64,000 nucleotides of DNA from Podarcis erhardii. Lineage: Eukaryota. The stretch is from the NCBI GenBank assembly GCA_964252035.1, contig OZ176201.1; one strand, 5' to 3'. Positions 26,186 to 39,546 of the stretch are shown piece by piece. Position numbers and translations under genes: made by a program. Positions within the stretch are counted from its first letter, which is position 1. Each line of letters opens with the position of its first letter. The notes below the pieces were generated by a model. It had not been told where the DNA came from, did no database searches, and was given only the letters and a program-made list of their open reading frames with translations.

Positions 26186-28454
26186 CTAGTGATTTTAGAA
26201 ATGGATAAAACACACCAGCTGGATCATCAGGTCCCAGGCTATGTGTGCAAACAGGGAAAAAAAATCTGCTTATGACTTGTCAACAGAGCAGATGTTACAC
26301 TAAGGGAAATGGAACATATTGTCTCCCATGGGATCTGTCACTGTCACACAGGTACTCTTCAGAGTGTGACTGCATTGAATTTCCAAGGGCGGGTGGCACA
26401 TTGTGAAAAAAAGTCTCCCCTTATGGAATTAAATATTGCAGAGTCAATACTGCAGAATATTGTTTCCTGGATGAAAGAAGCCTTTCCAAATTCCAGGTGC
26501 AAACATCTAGTCCATGTAGAAAGTGCTTCAAATTTTAAATCTCCCTAGCATGAACATATTTAATATTAGGCCTTTAGCTGTACCTCACCTATTGCAATAG
26601 CAAATGATATTTGCACATTACGGCTTCTGGAGTCAAATTAGTAATATGGAAAATTGGTAAATAACAGCCAGCCCTATTACAGGCAAGTAGTTGTGTTTTT
26701 CCATAAAAAAATCTCTCAAGCCCTATAATATTGGCTTTCACAGAGTGTTCTGCCAGCTCCTCAAAGAGTTGACACTTGACTTATTTTTATGCCACATGAA
26801 GTGGTGCAAACTTAAGAAAGGCATGTCCAGAGCGTAAATAGATATAAAAAATATAATTCATATTTTTTTAAAGCAAGTTCTGCATTCAAAAGACAAGATT
26901 TTCCATTTGGATTTTAATGTTTTCATGTTCGCTTAGTTTGGAGAGATTCTTTTGGAGCTCATCACAATCCCTTTTTGTTTTAAGCACCGTGAACAATTTG
27001 GTATCACCAGACATGGCTACTCACTCCTAACTCTAGATCACATTAATCCACTTCATGCAAATTGAAAAGGGGGGGGGGGACTTACTGTTATCGTCTGCTT
27101 CAAAAAAAAAAATGTTTCAGAAGTGTCACTGAACAATTGAGGAACATGCTTTTAAAAAATGTTTCAGTGTCCTGTTTTTGCTATTTTCCGTTTCAACAGT
27201 GTTCAAAGTACAGCATCCTTTATAGCTCATCTGAAGTGGTAACAAAATTCCTGTCTTTTTCTTTTCCCTTCCCTCTGAACTTCATCATCAGTCCATTCAC
27301 CTATCTTTACACAGATACTTGAGCCAAGTGATCAAGTGATGAGCTTGCCTCCATTTCCAAGGTGCTAGATTCACATGACAAAACTTTGTCACTTGTTAAC
27401 TAACGTTGTTGTGTAAATATAGGTCCAAGTGTTACAAGGTCAGTCTTGAATGGGTTCACTGAAAGCTGCATGTATTCAAAAGAACATTTTTTCTTGGCTC
27501 AGAAGCTTGTGAGAAAAATCTGATAAACATTGCATTCCACTAAATTAAATCGGCAAAATCCACAATTGGGTTTGTAAAGCTGGTAAAATCATGTTCCAGC
27601 TTATCAAATTGTTGGCCTGGTCCATTTAATTAAAAGTTAAATTGAAGGCAGACATTTATTCCTTCTCAGCATTCTAACGCGATCCGTGCACATCCATGCT
27701 TAGGCTTATTTTGCAATTGTGTATAAAACACTATGAGGTGACTGGTCTGTGTGGGGCTATAAAAATCTACACCAAACATTTAGATGCTTTATTAAAAATA
27801 GTTTCTTCCCCACTGTCAAGAGTTGACGTAGCCAGATCTGGAACTTTAGTGAAACCCATAGTTTAAGCTTCTAGGATTCCGATAAATTCTGCTAAATCAG
27901 GGCAATAAATTTTGAACACAAATTTCTGTTGAAAGTATTACATTGTGTAATTAAAGCTTGGATAATATGTAGGCATGTTTCTTGCACTATGCTATAAACA
28001 ATGTTATAGTTGTGTGTGTGTGTCTCCAGGTGAATGTTTAGCTTTAATATGCCTAATGGCAACTTGTATACACACCTGCCTAAATTCCCAGGAAGGGAAG
28101 CTCTGCTGCCTATATAGCTTCCTCAAATTCCCTCAACGCCCACTGGCAGGAGTGGGAAGACAAAAGCTAAGTCGAGACCAGTCTACATTGGACTGCACCT
28201 GACCTGTTTTGCCTGCTGGTCAAATTTGCTGTGTTCTCTGTACACCACTGAAGAAGCTATGCTCTAGTAGGTGTTTGCTAAATGTACATTTATTCTGTGG
28301 TCATCACTGTTGCCCAATTTAAGATTGCTTAATAAAAAAGAATTATCAGGAAAGCATTGAATAAAAAGATAACAGTAATGAAAATCTGCCCTCAGATCCT
28401 TTCACTAACATATTTTTACATTTTCTTTTTTGTTTGTTTCTCTTTTTCTTACAG

Positions 28455-28687
28455 CCCTTTGCTTGCTGTGTCTTTCGCTGCCTCCTGTGCTGTTCCAGGA
28501 ATAGCTCTGCTCACCTTCGGAGTAAATCCTCTTACTGCAGCCCTGGGAGCCTTCAACATCATCCTGTACACATGCTGTTACACACCGCTGAAAAGAATTA
28601 GCATTGTCAATACATGGGTAGGAGCTGTGGTTGGTGCTATTCCCCCAATTATGGGTTGGACAGCAGCAACCGGCAGTCTGGATGCAG
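28455..28687 (+). CDS. COX10: COX10 coding exon 6 (233 bp, [15 protein letters not shown]...[18 protein letters not shown])
   Basis: tttttcttacAG acceptor and G/gtgaga donor. UbiA-family peptide [27 protein letters not shown] lies inside track ORF 28357-28740. Length 233 = 1 + 77 codons + 1, consistent with both neighbours. Confidence 0.97.
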
Positions 28688-29059
28688 GTGAGAATTACTC
28701 GGGGTGGGGGGAATGGGACCATGAGGAGGAAGAGAATTGAGTGTCTTCCTTTTAGGGCCAATTGAAAGTTACTATACTGTGGGAATGAGTACTTGTTTCC
28801 AATGCTCACTAGTATCATTCGCATTATCTAGGATCTGTATATTTCACTGTGTACTGCATGACTGTCTCTTCCGCTGACTTGGCATTTTGCAGTAAAAAAA
28901 ACCAAGACTATCTTAGGTTCGGGACCCATTCAGTTCTTTGAATCTCAGATCCAGTGATATTTATGGGATTGCAGGGTGGCAGCTTCTCTGCTATCACAAA
29001 AATAGGATCTTGTCAGTCTACAGAACAAGGTAGCAAACCTTTAGAAGGTATGACCTTGG

Positions 29060-29880
29060 GGGGGGGGCTTGTAGCAGTGAGTAATTCAAGCCTTAGAAAC
29101 ACAGGGAGATGGGTTTGTGACAGGTGTGTAGACTTCAGTCAGTAAGACTTCAATCAGTTTATCACAGTCATAGGCCAACAGGTGTGTAAACTGCATAATG
29201 ACTTGCCTACCTGTGTGAAGGTTGTGGAAGTCACATTTCATCTAGTTAGATTGGTAGATACTGTCAGAGTGAAGATGACAGTCATGGTGCAGGTCAGCAC
29301 CAGTGAAATGGGGAAATGTAGTTGTGCAGTATTGGAAGCAAACTTTAGGTGGGTAAGCAAGAAGCTGAAATTCAGAACTTCCAGAATTGCTTCCTCCAGA
29401 ATTCTGCCTCTCCTATTTGCAGTGCCAGGTAGACAGGCAAGGCTGAGGCATTTCAATGCATGCCTAAGATTGCAGTGTCAAAGGACAGCTTTTGATTTCT
29501 TAGGCACTGGAGAAGGTTTTGTAATAAGCCAAGCATATACAAAAGGGACAGGTTCCGCTTGAACCAAAAAGGAGCCAGGCTGCTAGCACTTAGGATCAAA
29601 ACAATGGCAGAGAGTAGGAGTAAATTGACTGTTCTCACAGTGGAGGGATGAGAAAAGTGTGCTCTATTAGAACCTGTACTTTTTAACTTGCTCATAATTA
29701 AACTTGCATTAGAGCTGAGCAGTGAGGTGGCCAAGTGGTAAAAACAAATAAGAATTTCAAAGAGTTCCAAAATGATCTTTCGTAACTGGGTGAATTAGCA
29801 ATAAAATGACAAGCTCAGTTCAGTGTAAGTCAGCATGAAGTGACTTACATCGGGGCAAAACATCCCTAATTCTCCTAACC
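29060..29880 (+). mobile_element. Old CR1 LINE remnant with ORF1 esterase region joined to an RT segment
   Basis: Degenerate peptides NSSLRNTGRWVCD and VMVQVSTSEMGKCSCAVLEANFR...RQARLRHFNA resemble the CR1 ORF1 SGNH esterase. About 150 bp later, LEPVLFNLLII...SEVAK...QNDLS*LGELAIK resembles CR1 RT. Confidence 0.72.
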
Positions 29881-32800
29881 ACTATCCCTCTTCAGCTGCT
29901 GAAAACTAGGGCTTAAAGGTCTGAAATATGGGGAGCCTGGTTCTGTGCATGTAGGCACAGGATTCTAAACCACTCAAGGAGCCCTCAGATCTTTAGGACA
30001 CAGTGCAGGGCCACAGAGTGCAGCCCTGCTCTCCCCTCTCTTGGTTGTAATCATGTGAAAGGATAATGATTAAAGAGAGCTGCTAAGTTGGTCTTAGTGA
30101 CCCCTGAATAGCAGTTGCTAGGGAACAATTGTCCTGCTTTCGAGCTTTCCATTGGTCCAAAAGTGAGCTAGTACTAGCCCTAATACTAATAACACTGCAA
30201 ATGGACAAACTTTGTTGAGATCACAACTTGGGATGGAAGGATTAAAGCTGCAGGTCTCTCCCCTGCACCTATTACTATTTTTTTTTAATTAAAAAAACTT
30301 TCCATGCTTCCAAGTGATGCATTTAGTGTTGTGTGCAGTTTGGCCCTCAGGCATATGTAAGTGCAAGCCTTTATCCTTCTCTCCCTCTTCTGTGCTCACA
30401 TGCTCTGTGTTTCTACAGGAACTATTCATCACCGAGTCAGCCAAAAGTCAACCAGGATTATGTGACTCCTCCTGGTTTGAAGATCAAACATAACCTTCGG
30501 TTTTGCAGTGCTGTTGTGATTCTCTTTGCAGTGTGTGTCACGACAGGATCTCAAATTCATGCAACAAGATCAGAGAAATGTTGTGTTAGCTCAGTGGGCC
30601 TGCTCCCTTCATTGATGCTGCTGCTTTTGAAGCAAAGGCTACAGAGACCTGAAAATGCAGGGTCGGTCTTAATGAAGCTTCCTGAGGTGACCAGCCTTTT
30701 GGGGGGCATGTTGTATTCTTCTTAGCATTGCAAAGCATTTGTTGTTCTACGCACAAGTGATCAGAGTAGTAGAAAGGAGAGACAATGTGAACAGATTCAG
30801 TTATGAACCAGGGGAACATGATAGAGAAAATCAAGATGAAAATGCAAGAAGGTCCTAACTCTAGCCTTTCTGCAGTGAAGGAGACAAAGAAGTTTAATTC
30901 AAACGATTTAGCCAATATTAGAAGCTGTGTGACATGACTAGTGAATGTTCAACAACCAAAGCAGGGCTTCTGCTGTACAGTTGTCATGTTCACTTATCTG
31001 CACTGTGTTTCTGGCTGCAATTACAAGTCTGTGGCTTCTGCTGCCTCTCTGTCTTCCCCTCTGTTCTGCATCTCACTAAAACCAAACCCAAATTCCTTGA
31101 AAATCTCACTGTTAAAAGGTACCGATACCTTGCTAAGCAAATACATGCCGTGTTGGTAATATACACAGATAACTCTGACCATGGAGTTTGGGTTATTCCC
31201 TAATACAGAATCTGAATTTTATTTTGTTTCTTGATATGGAAAATCCCCAACCCTATCTGTCTCTCTCCAAGTGTCAGAAACCAGCACCAAATGTTGGCTT
31301 CCACAAGTGGGACTTGTTAGTTGAATCTAGGCCAATTATACATGTTATTTATATACATAACTCTGAGTAGTAATTGGCAGGGCTCATGAAGTTATTACAG
31401 TAAGTGCCACACTTTTAACATTTGGGAGGAGGTAGAGGTCCCTGTACTTGAGTACCCCCAGGGGGGGAAAGCACTGGAATAGGTAATAGTGGCCAATCTC
31501 AGAAGAAGCTTTTTAGCCCATGTTCTCTCATAATAACTAAGCATTGGATCTTCTCTTCCCCTTCCCACTCAAAACGCTCAACCATAGGCTTATTTGCAGG
31601 AGGGTGGGGGGAGGTATCCATGCACAGAAACTATTTCTTTGATTAAAGGCTCAGGCCTGCAGTTGGCTGATAGTTTCTTATAGATGTTAGGAATGCTTTT
31701 TGGTATGGACAACCGGAGTATGCCATCTGCTTCCAAATCATGGAAGCCACATCTCTGGAACCCATTAATGTTTCCTAATTAACTAGCTGAAGCAACCTGG
31801 CTTTAGGTAGAAGCGTGGGAATACATTTGCACCTTGTTAAAAAGAAGAGGAAAGAGCCTACCCTACTGAGCAGCGATAAGGAACATAAAGCTGGGGAGAA
31901 AGAAATTTTAAGGCTGCCTATAGTGCTTGCTATGTTTTACTTTTTATTGGGGAGCTTCTTCTCAAGAAAGCAGTCCAGTTCTTTTCTGGTTATTACGCTA
32001 AAGCCAGTCATGCAAGGTGAATCACTTTTTCATCCTTCCTTCATTTTACTATCAAAACTGTCTCCTGCTTCTCCAGGGAGGTGGGGAGGAGAGGGCATCT
32101 AGCCAATGCTGCCGCCGTTGCTCAAGCAGACTGTATGTTTACTTGATCAGTTCCAGTCTCGAGCGCTTGCCACATCATATAACTTTTTCCTAGGGAACAG
32201 TTCAGGATCAAAATATGAACCTTTCTCTGTGAGCATTGGTTGGCTAAAATTGGCCAGGTTTAAACTGACAATGCTCAGAGTCAATTTTATCATCAACTGT
32301 GGTAGCAGAAATTGCACAAGTGTTAAATTTAATCAGGTTCATGGGCTGGGACCAGCATCTCTCAGCAAGGCGAACGCATGCACTTGCCAAGGCGGGTACA
32401 GAGAATTTCCCTCCCCGAAAGGGAACCCCATCTCCAGTTTCTTTTTCCCCCCTGTTTCAAGGAGGAAGAACATTATCATGACAGGAAATGGGAGGCTGGT
32501 GGAAAATGCCAAAAGAACAAAGCAGTCTCATTTTTACAGAAGCAGTAAGACTCAGATCAAACTTCTCTCTTGCTGGCAGGAGATCATGGCTTGTGTTTAG
32601 TAACACGGCCAAAAAGAGGAATATTAATAATATGCCCTTTTTTAAAGAAGAAGAAGAAGTTTAAATATTGTAATGGGGAATTTCATACTGTGTGTTGTAC
32701 AGCCTGGGACTCAGGTCTTGGCATTACCACATTTCCTTATGAAAGCAATAGGGTCTGGTATCCTTTCAGGAGTGGTGGCTAGCTGAAGTGTACTCAGGAG

Positions 32801-35589
32801 ACTGCAGAACATAGCAACCCGGTGCCATGAAAGCACATCCAATTCTGAGTCACCCAGTTTGCTTGAAGTGACAAGCGGGGATCTCTGCCATAATGTGCTT
32901 TATCAGTTAAGGGGATTTACTCTGGGTAGGCGGTGGTGGCAGAGCAGATAACAGCCTCGCAAATGTAACAGACGTTAGAGACCCACAGTGGCCTGGAGCC
33001 ATTGGTATTACTGCTCCCAAGAATGTTTATCTCAAGAGACTATTTAGTTTATCTCAGATGCCCCACTTTTACCTTCTGTTTTCCTGAAAGACATCTTGTC
33101 CTGATTTTCATTCATTTTCTGAAAATTTAAATAATTCCTGGGGCTATGGAATTTATAGACTGCCTGTGTATGTACCAACGGTAATCACGCAGAGGCTGAT
33201 TTTCAAATTGCCTTGACTTTGTAATTCAAATTGGGTTGTGGGCTAGACATTAATTATGTCAGCCAACATCTATTTACAACTGGGGGATTTTAAACTGGGC
33301 AGTTCTTATCAGCAAGTGACATTTGGCAGATGGATGGGTTTAGCAACAAAACAGTGAAGAGAGAGGAAAAGGACAATTGTGTAGAGCCTTTCCTCATTTG
33401 TATAGCCCTTGTCTGCCCGGAAGGAGAGCAGTAAAGAGAGGACCTCACTTTGTTCAGAATAAGTGACACTGAACTTTGTTCCTATTTCCTTCAAAAAAAA
33501 TTTTTTTTTAATTAACTGGATCATGTTTTGAACAGCCTGCTGGCAAAATGTGTAACTGAGCAGTTTTAGAGAAAAAGACAAAATTTTGCCTGGAGCACAT
33601 TATCCTGGCTGTAGAAATAGAGGCCTGGAGATGTGGGCTGGCATTGATTGACCTTAGCAGAGGCTTGAGACTTCTCTTCCTCTTCAAAATGATGATCCAA
33701 GAAGCCTCTTACTCAGTTTGTACAAAAGACAGAGGTATGTCATCATTGATCTGTGAGCATAGGACGCACAAAGGCAGAGGGCCCCGTTGCTCCATGTAGT
33801 AAATGTGGAGGCAGATGGGCAGGGCTAGTAGGCAGCTGTTTTAAATTTAATAAGACAAAAGTCAGTCGATTATTTGCCTCCCCCACCCACGCTTTCTTTT
33901 GCAGACACAAAAGCGATAGTGATTCTGCTGTTGGGACACCTGAGGGACTGATGCAATCAAAGTCGAAGCCCACTCAGTAAATTCATTGTCACCTACACAC
34001 TGTACACAGCTGTGTTAAGTTCCAAGTGCTTTCATCTTCCAAATAAAGAATATTCAATGGCCCATATGGGACAGCCGCTCCAGTTCACCTCACCTCCCAA
34101 ATATGCATTATGAAGTAACCAGTAGGGGGCACCAGAGTAGTAGCAGGAAAATTGCATTGGCTTAAGAAAAGGCAGTGTTTGAGGTTTAGAGAGCTAAAAT
34201 TAACTTTTTAAAGTTGTGTTGAGTTAAAAAAAGTGTTTAAAATATCCTCTTGCAAGCAAGTTGGTGAACTTCCCTTAGTGCCTTGCAAAAATAGGGCCTT
34301 TCCTGTCTTGCAGCCTTGCTGGAACTTCCAGTCATCTCCCACCTTAACTGCTACAGTCTTTGCATCTCTACGATCACATTCCCACCTACTCCCTTGCCTC
34401 TGACCAAAATCATTCACCTCTGTCATCACTGAGACCACATGACACCCTTTCTTACCTCCTCCATTCCTGGATCTAGCACAAACATTTGTCCTTGCCTTCA
34501 TTACTCTGCCTCCCCTGATTATTCTGCCTGCATATCCATCCCCATAATCTTCCCTCTTCCATCTCCACCATCCTTTGTCCGTCCCCCACATCTTCAATGC
34601 CTAGAACTGCCTCCAGAAACCATTTGATGCTGCATCTTATTTCCTTCAGACTCTTTCCCCAAATTCAGTTTCCTTGAAGAACTTCGACACAGACACTTAC
34701 TGTTCTTCCTCTGCCGAAACCAAGCCTAAGCACTTGTAATGAAGCTCAAGGCATATCCTGCCCATGTTCACCCTTACTGCCAGTTTATGTCTCTCCTTCT
34801 ATTCTTCCCATCCACCCCACGGCAAGTCTTAAGATGATAAGCTGATCAGGGTGCTGCGTTTTTTTAATTCTCCATCGGGAGCTATGCATATTGATGGTGC
34901 CGTATAAATGATAACTGTTAAATGCCGTCATCATTTCCTCGCTACACCTGGACATGGTTTCAAAACAGTGGTCATTGAAAACAGCCGAGACTTGCCTTGA
35001 CCAGATTGTGGTCAAACTTCTAGGCTTCAAATTCGCAACCTTTATTTTGACAGTGTTTTTGGTCTTCATAGCCACTGCTACATTCAGAGGCACCAACATG
35101 ATATATGGGTACCATAGAAAAAGTAAGACTTTGCATATTGCCAATGGCTTGTTTGCCACTAGCATATATAACGACTAAGATGTAGCAGGTGCTAGAGAAG
35201 GAGAGAAGCAAAGGAGAATGGGTGGGAAAGTAACATGTAGTCAACATCTTCTACAGAAGTTTTATGCGTTGTTCTGCACTTCACCACACGCCCACCCCTT
35301 CCTTGTGAACCCTCCTGAATGTTGGTGCTCTTATCCACTTATTGGACCTGGTGTTGATTTAAATAAAGTTTCTCACTTTCTCATTCATATGTTTCCCAAT
35401 CAACCATTCTAATTGGTTGTGGTAACAAATAAAACATGTTTTAAACTTGGCCACTATGATTCATGCATTGGTAAGTTTACAATTGGACTCCTATAATTTG
35501 TTCTTTGTGGGACTTCCCCTAAGACTGGTCTGGAGGCTTTTGGAGAATGCTGTGCCCAGGCAGTTGAGTGGAACACCTTGATGCACACA

Positions 35590-35840
35590 TAATTTTACAC
35601 CTGTGCGTAAGGAACTGCTGCTGTGCAGCTAGCCAGTCATGTACAAGGTCTTGTTACTAACGTATAAAACCCTGAACAACTCAGGGCCAGGTTACCTGAA
35701 AGACTGCCTTCCCTGTCTGCAAGAACATTTAGATCATCTGGGGAAAATTTACTTGTGGCACCACATCCTACAAAACATCACAAGGCACCCTACAGAATAA
35801 CACAAAGCAGGTATTTTCCATCATTGGCCCTATACTTGAT
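35590..35840 (+). mobile_element. L2 LINE ORF2 C-terminal fragment
   Basis: Reads ...TPVRKEL...YKVLLLTYKTLNNSGPGYLKDCLP...RSSGENLLVAP, matching the recalled L2 motif HITPVLxxLHWLP...YKALNxLGPxYL. Confidence 0.7.
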
Positions 35841-38800
35841 CTCCATATGTGTCTATGAGAGAGAGAACCTTTGTACTCAAAACTTACTTAAACTTCACTT
35901 GACTGTTTCCATTTGGTTTGATCAAGGGATATAGATTCTGTTTAAAGAGATTGGGACTGCAATCTTATGGTCACTTTTGGCAGTAAGACCCATTTGAACT
36001 CGCTTCCCCCTTCCTCTCCTCTCCCATGCAGCTCCCTGCGTGCCCCAAATATCTGCTCCAGAGTATCCCCCAACCCAAAGGTGAAGGAAGAAATGGAAAG
36101 GAGGTCCTCTTGTGGAAACAGATATATTTTAGATTTCCATCTATTCTTGTACCCTAGTATTTCTTCCTTTCTCTCACCACAAAACTTTCAGTCCTATTGA
36201 GTTATGCAAAATGCATCTTGACAAATTGCCGCATTCTGTCTTACAGTATTAAAAGTAGAGCAGAAATTGGATTTTTCTAACCACATAATTTGGAGGTCTT
36301 AACCGATCTCTCCATCCATCACTGCTATATCTTCCTTGCTTCAGTGTGGGCAGGTAGTGTGTTGTTTTTGCTGGATCAGCTTTTGCTGACGGGCATATTC
36401 AGATGATGGAAACCTAATTCTGTAGGCAAAGATAAGGTTCAGTTATACTTCATCTCATTTTCCAGGTTGAACATGGAACAACTACAGCTACATAACCGCC
36501 AGCCGTGTTTATCCAAAGGCAAATGGGTGCAGCTGGATTTGCTCTTGTTTTCCAGCTCTAATCTCCCTCATCTGGACCAAGGAGGAGTAATTTGTTTTAG
36601 CATCTTTTTAGCTAAGAGTAGCTGGTTTGTTACCATACCAAGATAGAAGAAAACAACCACACACAGTTCTAAGTACAGGCCATTAATGGCTAAACTTAGA
36701 CTTCAAAATCCCTATAACGTCTTACATAAACTTAAACATTTAATTTATTTCCTAGAGAGACAAGAAGCTGGTGCTTCCCGCCCCCCACCTCCACTCTTAA
36801 CCTCCCCCTCATGTGTCAGTCAGCTACCAGAATCTGGAAATGATTTTAAAATTCCTTCATATTATTCAAGGCAGAAGAATTACCAAAATTGTGCTCTAAG
36901 CAAAACAGCATTCTTGGGTTGCCAAGGCAGTAAACAATGGCTTTAGGAAATGCAATAAGACTTCAACATCTGTTTTGGAGCTGATATTTTAACCATTCTG
37001 TGTTTATTTTACATGCCTGGTTGGTGATCTCTGTCATACATCTGTGAAGCCAAAAACCAAGACAATGAAAGAGGTAGCAAGTCAGTTTGGAGCTCCAACT
37101 ATAAGCCTGGTTTTCCATGCTGAGTTTTTAACATAAAAGTGCTTCTGGCTTTTGTCTTAAGTTTGTGAATGATAACTTAGTTTAGCAAATCATGCTACCA
37201 TTACAAGACTTTTTGCATACACCTAGGACAGTCATGAGTTTTAAAAGAACATCATTGTGCTTGACAGCTTTAGATAGAAAAGCACGAATATCCTGCACCT
37301 TCTGTCTCATGTGGAACCTTAAGGGTTGCTGAAAATATCCTCCTGAAACAGTAACACCACTCAACAACAGCAGAAGTACTAGATTAAGTAGCTGCACAAG
37401 TTAACCACAGGGAGTTGACTAACAGCCAAACTTGTCATGGCACCAAATGCATCATTGGCACCCATATTACATGGTCAGGATAGGAAACCCACCTGCTTCT
37501 CAGCAGCAGTTCTGACAGTCTCCCAGGTCCCAAGAAGAAAATGGGAGCTTTCTTTTCAGGGCCAACACAGCCATGGGAAAGGGATGATCTCCATTAGTAC
37601 TGCAATGAAGTATGAAAGGGCTGAACATCTGCTTCCTACTTCTGCAGTCCTGACAAAATCAGACATCACCACCTGCGCTTAACATCACTTTTTAAAAAAC
37701 AAGCATGCAGTCATTACCAGTGTTGCACCTAGCATCATGCTGTATGTAGTTCAGCCTTGAGGGGTCTTTTCCCATAATGCACACCTAAATACACTTAAAC
37801 TGGAATCTTAAACGCAGTAGGGAGTAAGAACCATTTGGCAAAATCATACTGACTTCCAAGTAATTTGGAATTTGGAAACACTTTCTCAGCACAGCTGACA
37901 CAGTGTAGTAAAAACAGTAAAAAATAATTTATATTCTCTTAAGATTTAGTTTAGAGTGCATTTTTTATAGCCTCATCCAAAGGAATTTGCACAGAGGAGC
38001 ACATAAATATTTATGCCACTGTTACTGAAGCACTATCCACTGCATGGCAATTGAGATAGAGGCAGACAACGCTGTTCCAGTTGCTATTGAATCTCTGAAT
38101 CTCCATGTAGGATTGCTAGGAGGCTCCTCCCAACTAAGCCTGCAAAATAGCACCAGTTGCTACTAAGTACCCCCAGAGTGGGAACACAAGTGGCTATTTC
38201 TGTATCAGCACTTTGATTAATCCCAGCATCGCTACAAGTCTGCCCTGTCAGACAAAGGTTTTGAAAATGTAAAGGTAGAGTCTGGACCCAGTTGCACTGA
38301 AAAGCCTAATTCTGTACTGCACAGCAAGAAACGAAGCCATGCATGTTGCCATCAAGTTGGCTTTGCAGTATCTCCTAGAAAGATTGCGTGAGAAGGCAGG
38401 CCCCTCATAAAACAACTCTCCTTGTTTGGCACATCAGTTGTCTGGTTTGGAGCTGGGAGTTTCACCTGAAATATTGGTTGTTTTTTGACAAAGAAGTGAG
38501 AGTCGGAAGTTATTTTTGAGACAGCATTAGGACATCTTGCCTTCTTGTTGCTCCTAGTGTCTATCCCTTTGCAAACAAAATGGACTTTGATTCATCTTCT
38601 ACAAGAAGGCATAACTCCACTGTAACAACATCATTTCAGAAGTTGAATCTGTGAAAATCAGTCAAGCTTTATTAAAGCGTAGGCCCTAAAGATGTCCCTT
38701 GTGAAACAGAATGAAGCAGATACTAATGGACATCTGTGCTAAATTTCAGTGGAGCAGGATCTAGTCTTGTAGCATAAGTTTTTGAAAGACTGCAGTTGTG

Positions 38801-39486
38801 AGGAAATATTCCCATAGTTATATTCAGTGGATCTCTGGGCCTGTTTCCCCCCTTTAATTCTCGCTTCTGTATAAACTTTTAGGTGGTATACAGGGATAGG
38901 TAACACAGAGACCCCAAATGTTGAAAGAACTGAAACAACCTTACAATTCTATAACATCCATGAATTTTTTACTCTTCAGTTTCAGGTCTCTGCCAAGCAT
39001 TCATGGATCAACAGAAGGTCCTATGATACTGAATTCTAAGATGTATGGAGTGTACAGAATTGAGAAGTTAGTTACTTAACACTAGGCACTTTCAGCCCTC
39101 TAGCCCTACGTTATGTGGCTGTTAGAGGGTTGGCAACATACATTTCTGCTTAGGAAACCTATGGCCAAATATAGCAAGGTACATGCAGGCGGTGACTGGA
39201 ATCTTCTCTAGATTTCTGCTGAGCAAACTTTAAAAAACTTATACTATTCAGTAGCCAAGGTTTATTGAATATTCTTCACTGTATTTGTTTTATATGTGTA
39301 CCTTTGCGTAGTGGGTTCTGTGCAAAGCTGATGCACAGTCAGTTTGGACTATGTGAAAATATATTGTGTGTAGTATCAAAAAAGGTGGAACCAAATGGGG
39401 AAACCAAAGGATAAAATGTACGGTATCTTAAGTGTTTTCTACAACAAATGGAAAGTGTGTGTTTTTCTCTCATAGAAGAGTTTAAG

Positions 39487-39489
<3 letters not shown>

Positions 39490-39539
<50 letters not shown>

Positions 39540-39546
39540 TATATAT
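39490..39546. repeat. (AT)n microsatellite with one phase shift
   Basis: Direct reading. Confidence 0.97.

Noticed and set aside
28357-28740. Track ORF as a stand-alone 127-aa gene
   Set aside because: It is COX10 exon 6 plus intronic read-through on both sides; clear splice sites bound the conserved part.
37182-37397. Minus-strand ORF with a signal-peptide-like N-terminus
   Set aside because: Starts at GTG, only 71 codons, no splice or homology support.
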